A stretch of 4,503 nucleotides of DNA from a virus: the UHGV virus genome UHGV-1974775. One strand, 5' to 3'. The notes beneath the pieces are model-generated. The model saw nothing but the letters and a program-made list of their open reading frames with translations. It did not search any database and was not told the DNA's origin. A program made the position numbers and the translations under genes. Shown piece after piece: positions 4,271 through 4,503 of this stretch (its first letter is position 1; every line of letters begins with the position of its first letter).

Positions 4271-4503
4271 TTTCTAATTTCCTCATCATTCGCTGGAATT
4301 TAACCAGATTAAATTTATCTAAATCCTGCAAACGCCACGGGTCTAATACCTGAGCATTTAACTGGCGCTTTTCTTTATTTTGCTGCAACTTTTCCAAATC
4401 ACAGCCTGATAATAACTTGTCATAATAGCGGGGCGGTTTTATCTGACGACCGCCACGACCAATACACGCATCTGAATTAACTATGTCATCGTAATACTCC
4501 ATA
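4257..4503 (-). CDS. VP4: Replication initiation protein, 3' portion (last 81 codons plus stop), contiguous in frame with 1..617 if the molecule is circular
   Basis: ORF-track 81-aa ORF (MEYYDDIVNSDACIGRGGRQIKPPRYYDKLL...). Its first codon (4502..4500) sits immediately after the junction codon formed by positions 2,1,4503 (aaa on the plus strand = TTT, Phe), so the reading frame runs ...GIGYDFF-MEYYDD... with no stop. The combined protein is 287 aa. Confidence 0.72.
   Translation of the reverse strand, partial: MEYYDDIVNSDACIGRGGRQIKPPRYYDKLLSGCDLEKLQQNKEKRQLNAQVLDPWRLQDLDKFNLVKFQRMMRKLENGSL

Larger units (their letters stand above)
1..4503. mobile_element. Complete circular Microviridae (gokushovirus-like) phage genome, linearised inside the rep gene; putative dif-integrating temperate phage
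   Basis: All six expected gokushovirus-type genes (VP4, VP5-position ORF, VP3, VP1, VP2, VP8) are on one strand within 4503 nt, which fits the 4.4-6 kb size of known gokushovirus genomes. The rep ORF is open at position 1 and continues in frame from position 4503 (junction codon = positions 2,1,4503 = TTT on the minus strand). A dif-like site lies in the VP8-rep intergenic region. Confidence 0.8.

Noticed and set aside
1-4503. tRNA, rRNA and CRISPR arrays
   Set aside because: No cloverleaf-compatible segments, no rRNA-like conserved blocks and no regularly spaced direct repeats were seen. Nearly the whole window is accounted for by six protein-coding genes.

Overview
The window appears to be a complete, circularly permuted genome of a small ssDNA phage of the Microviridae, gokushovirus-like, with all genes on the minus strand. 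Reading the minus strand, the order is rep (VP4) -> 89-aa ORF (VP5 position) -> scaffold (VP3) -> major capsid (VP1) -> pilot protein (VP2) -> small Arg-rich protein (VP8) -> back to rep. The rep reading frame is open at position 1 and continues in frame, with no stop, from position 4503 to a stop at 4257, giving a 287-aa HUH rolling-circle initiator. This implies the 4503-nt window is the whole circle, cut inside rep. Two genes are absent from the supplied ORF track and were found by hand translation: the rep 5' part (1..617, no stop in window) and the 39-aa VP8-like ORF (732..851). The most notable non-coding signal is a 28-bp site at 651..678 that, from my recollection of the canonical E. 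coli dif, matches it at 24 of 28 positions: XerC arm and central region identical, XerD arm degenerate. That suggests a temperate microvirus that integrates at host dif using XerCD, a lifestyle already described for enterobacterial gokushovirus prophages, so it is probably not novel. Other signals are a hairpin formed by an inverted copy of the XerC arm, a palindromic GATC-containing block overlapping a candidate rep promoter, an intrinsic terminator between VP1 and VP2, and an 11-bp stem-loop between VP3 and VP1. All protein identifications rest on motifs recognised by eye, without database searches.
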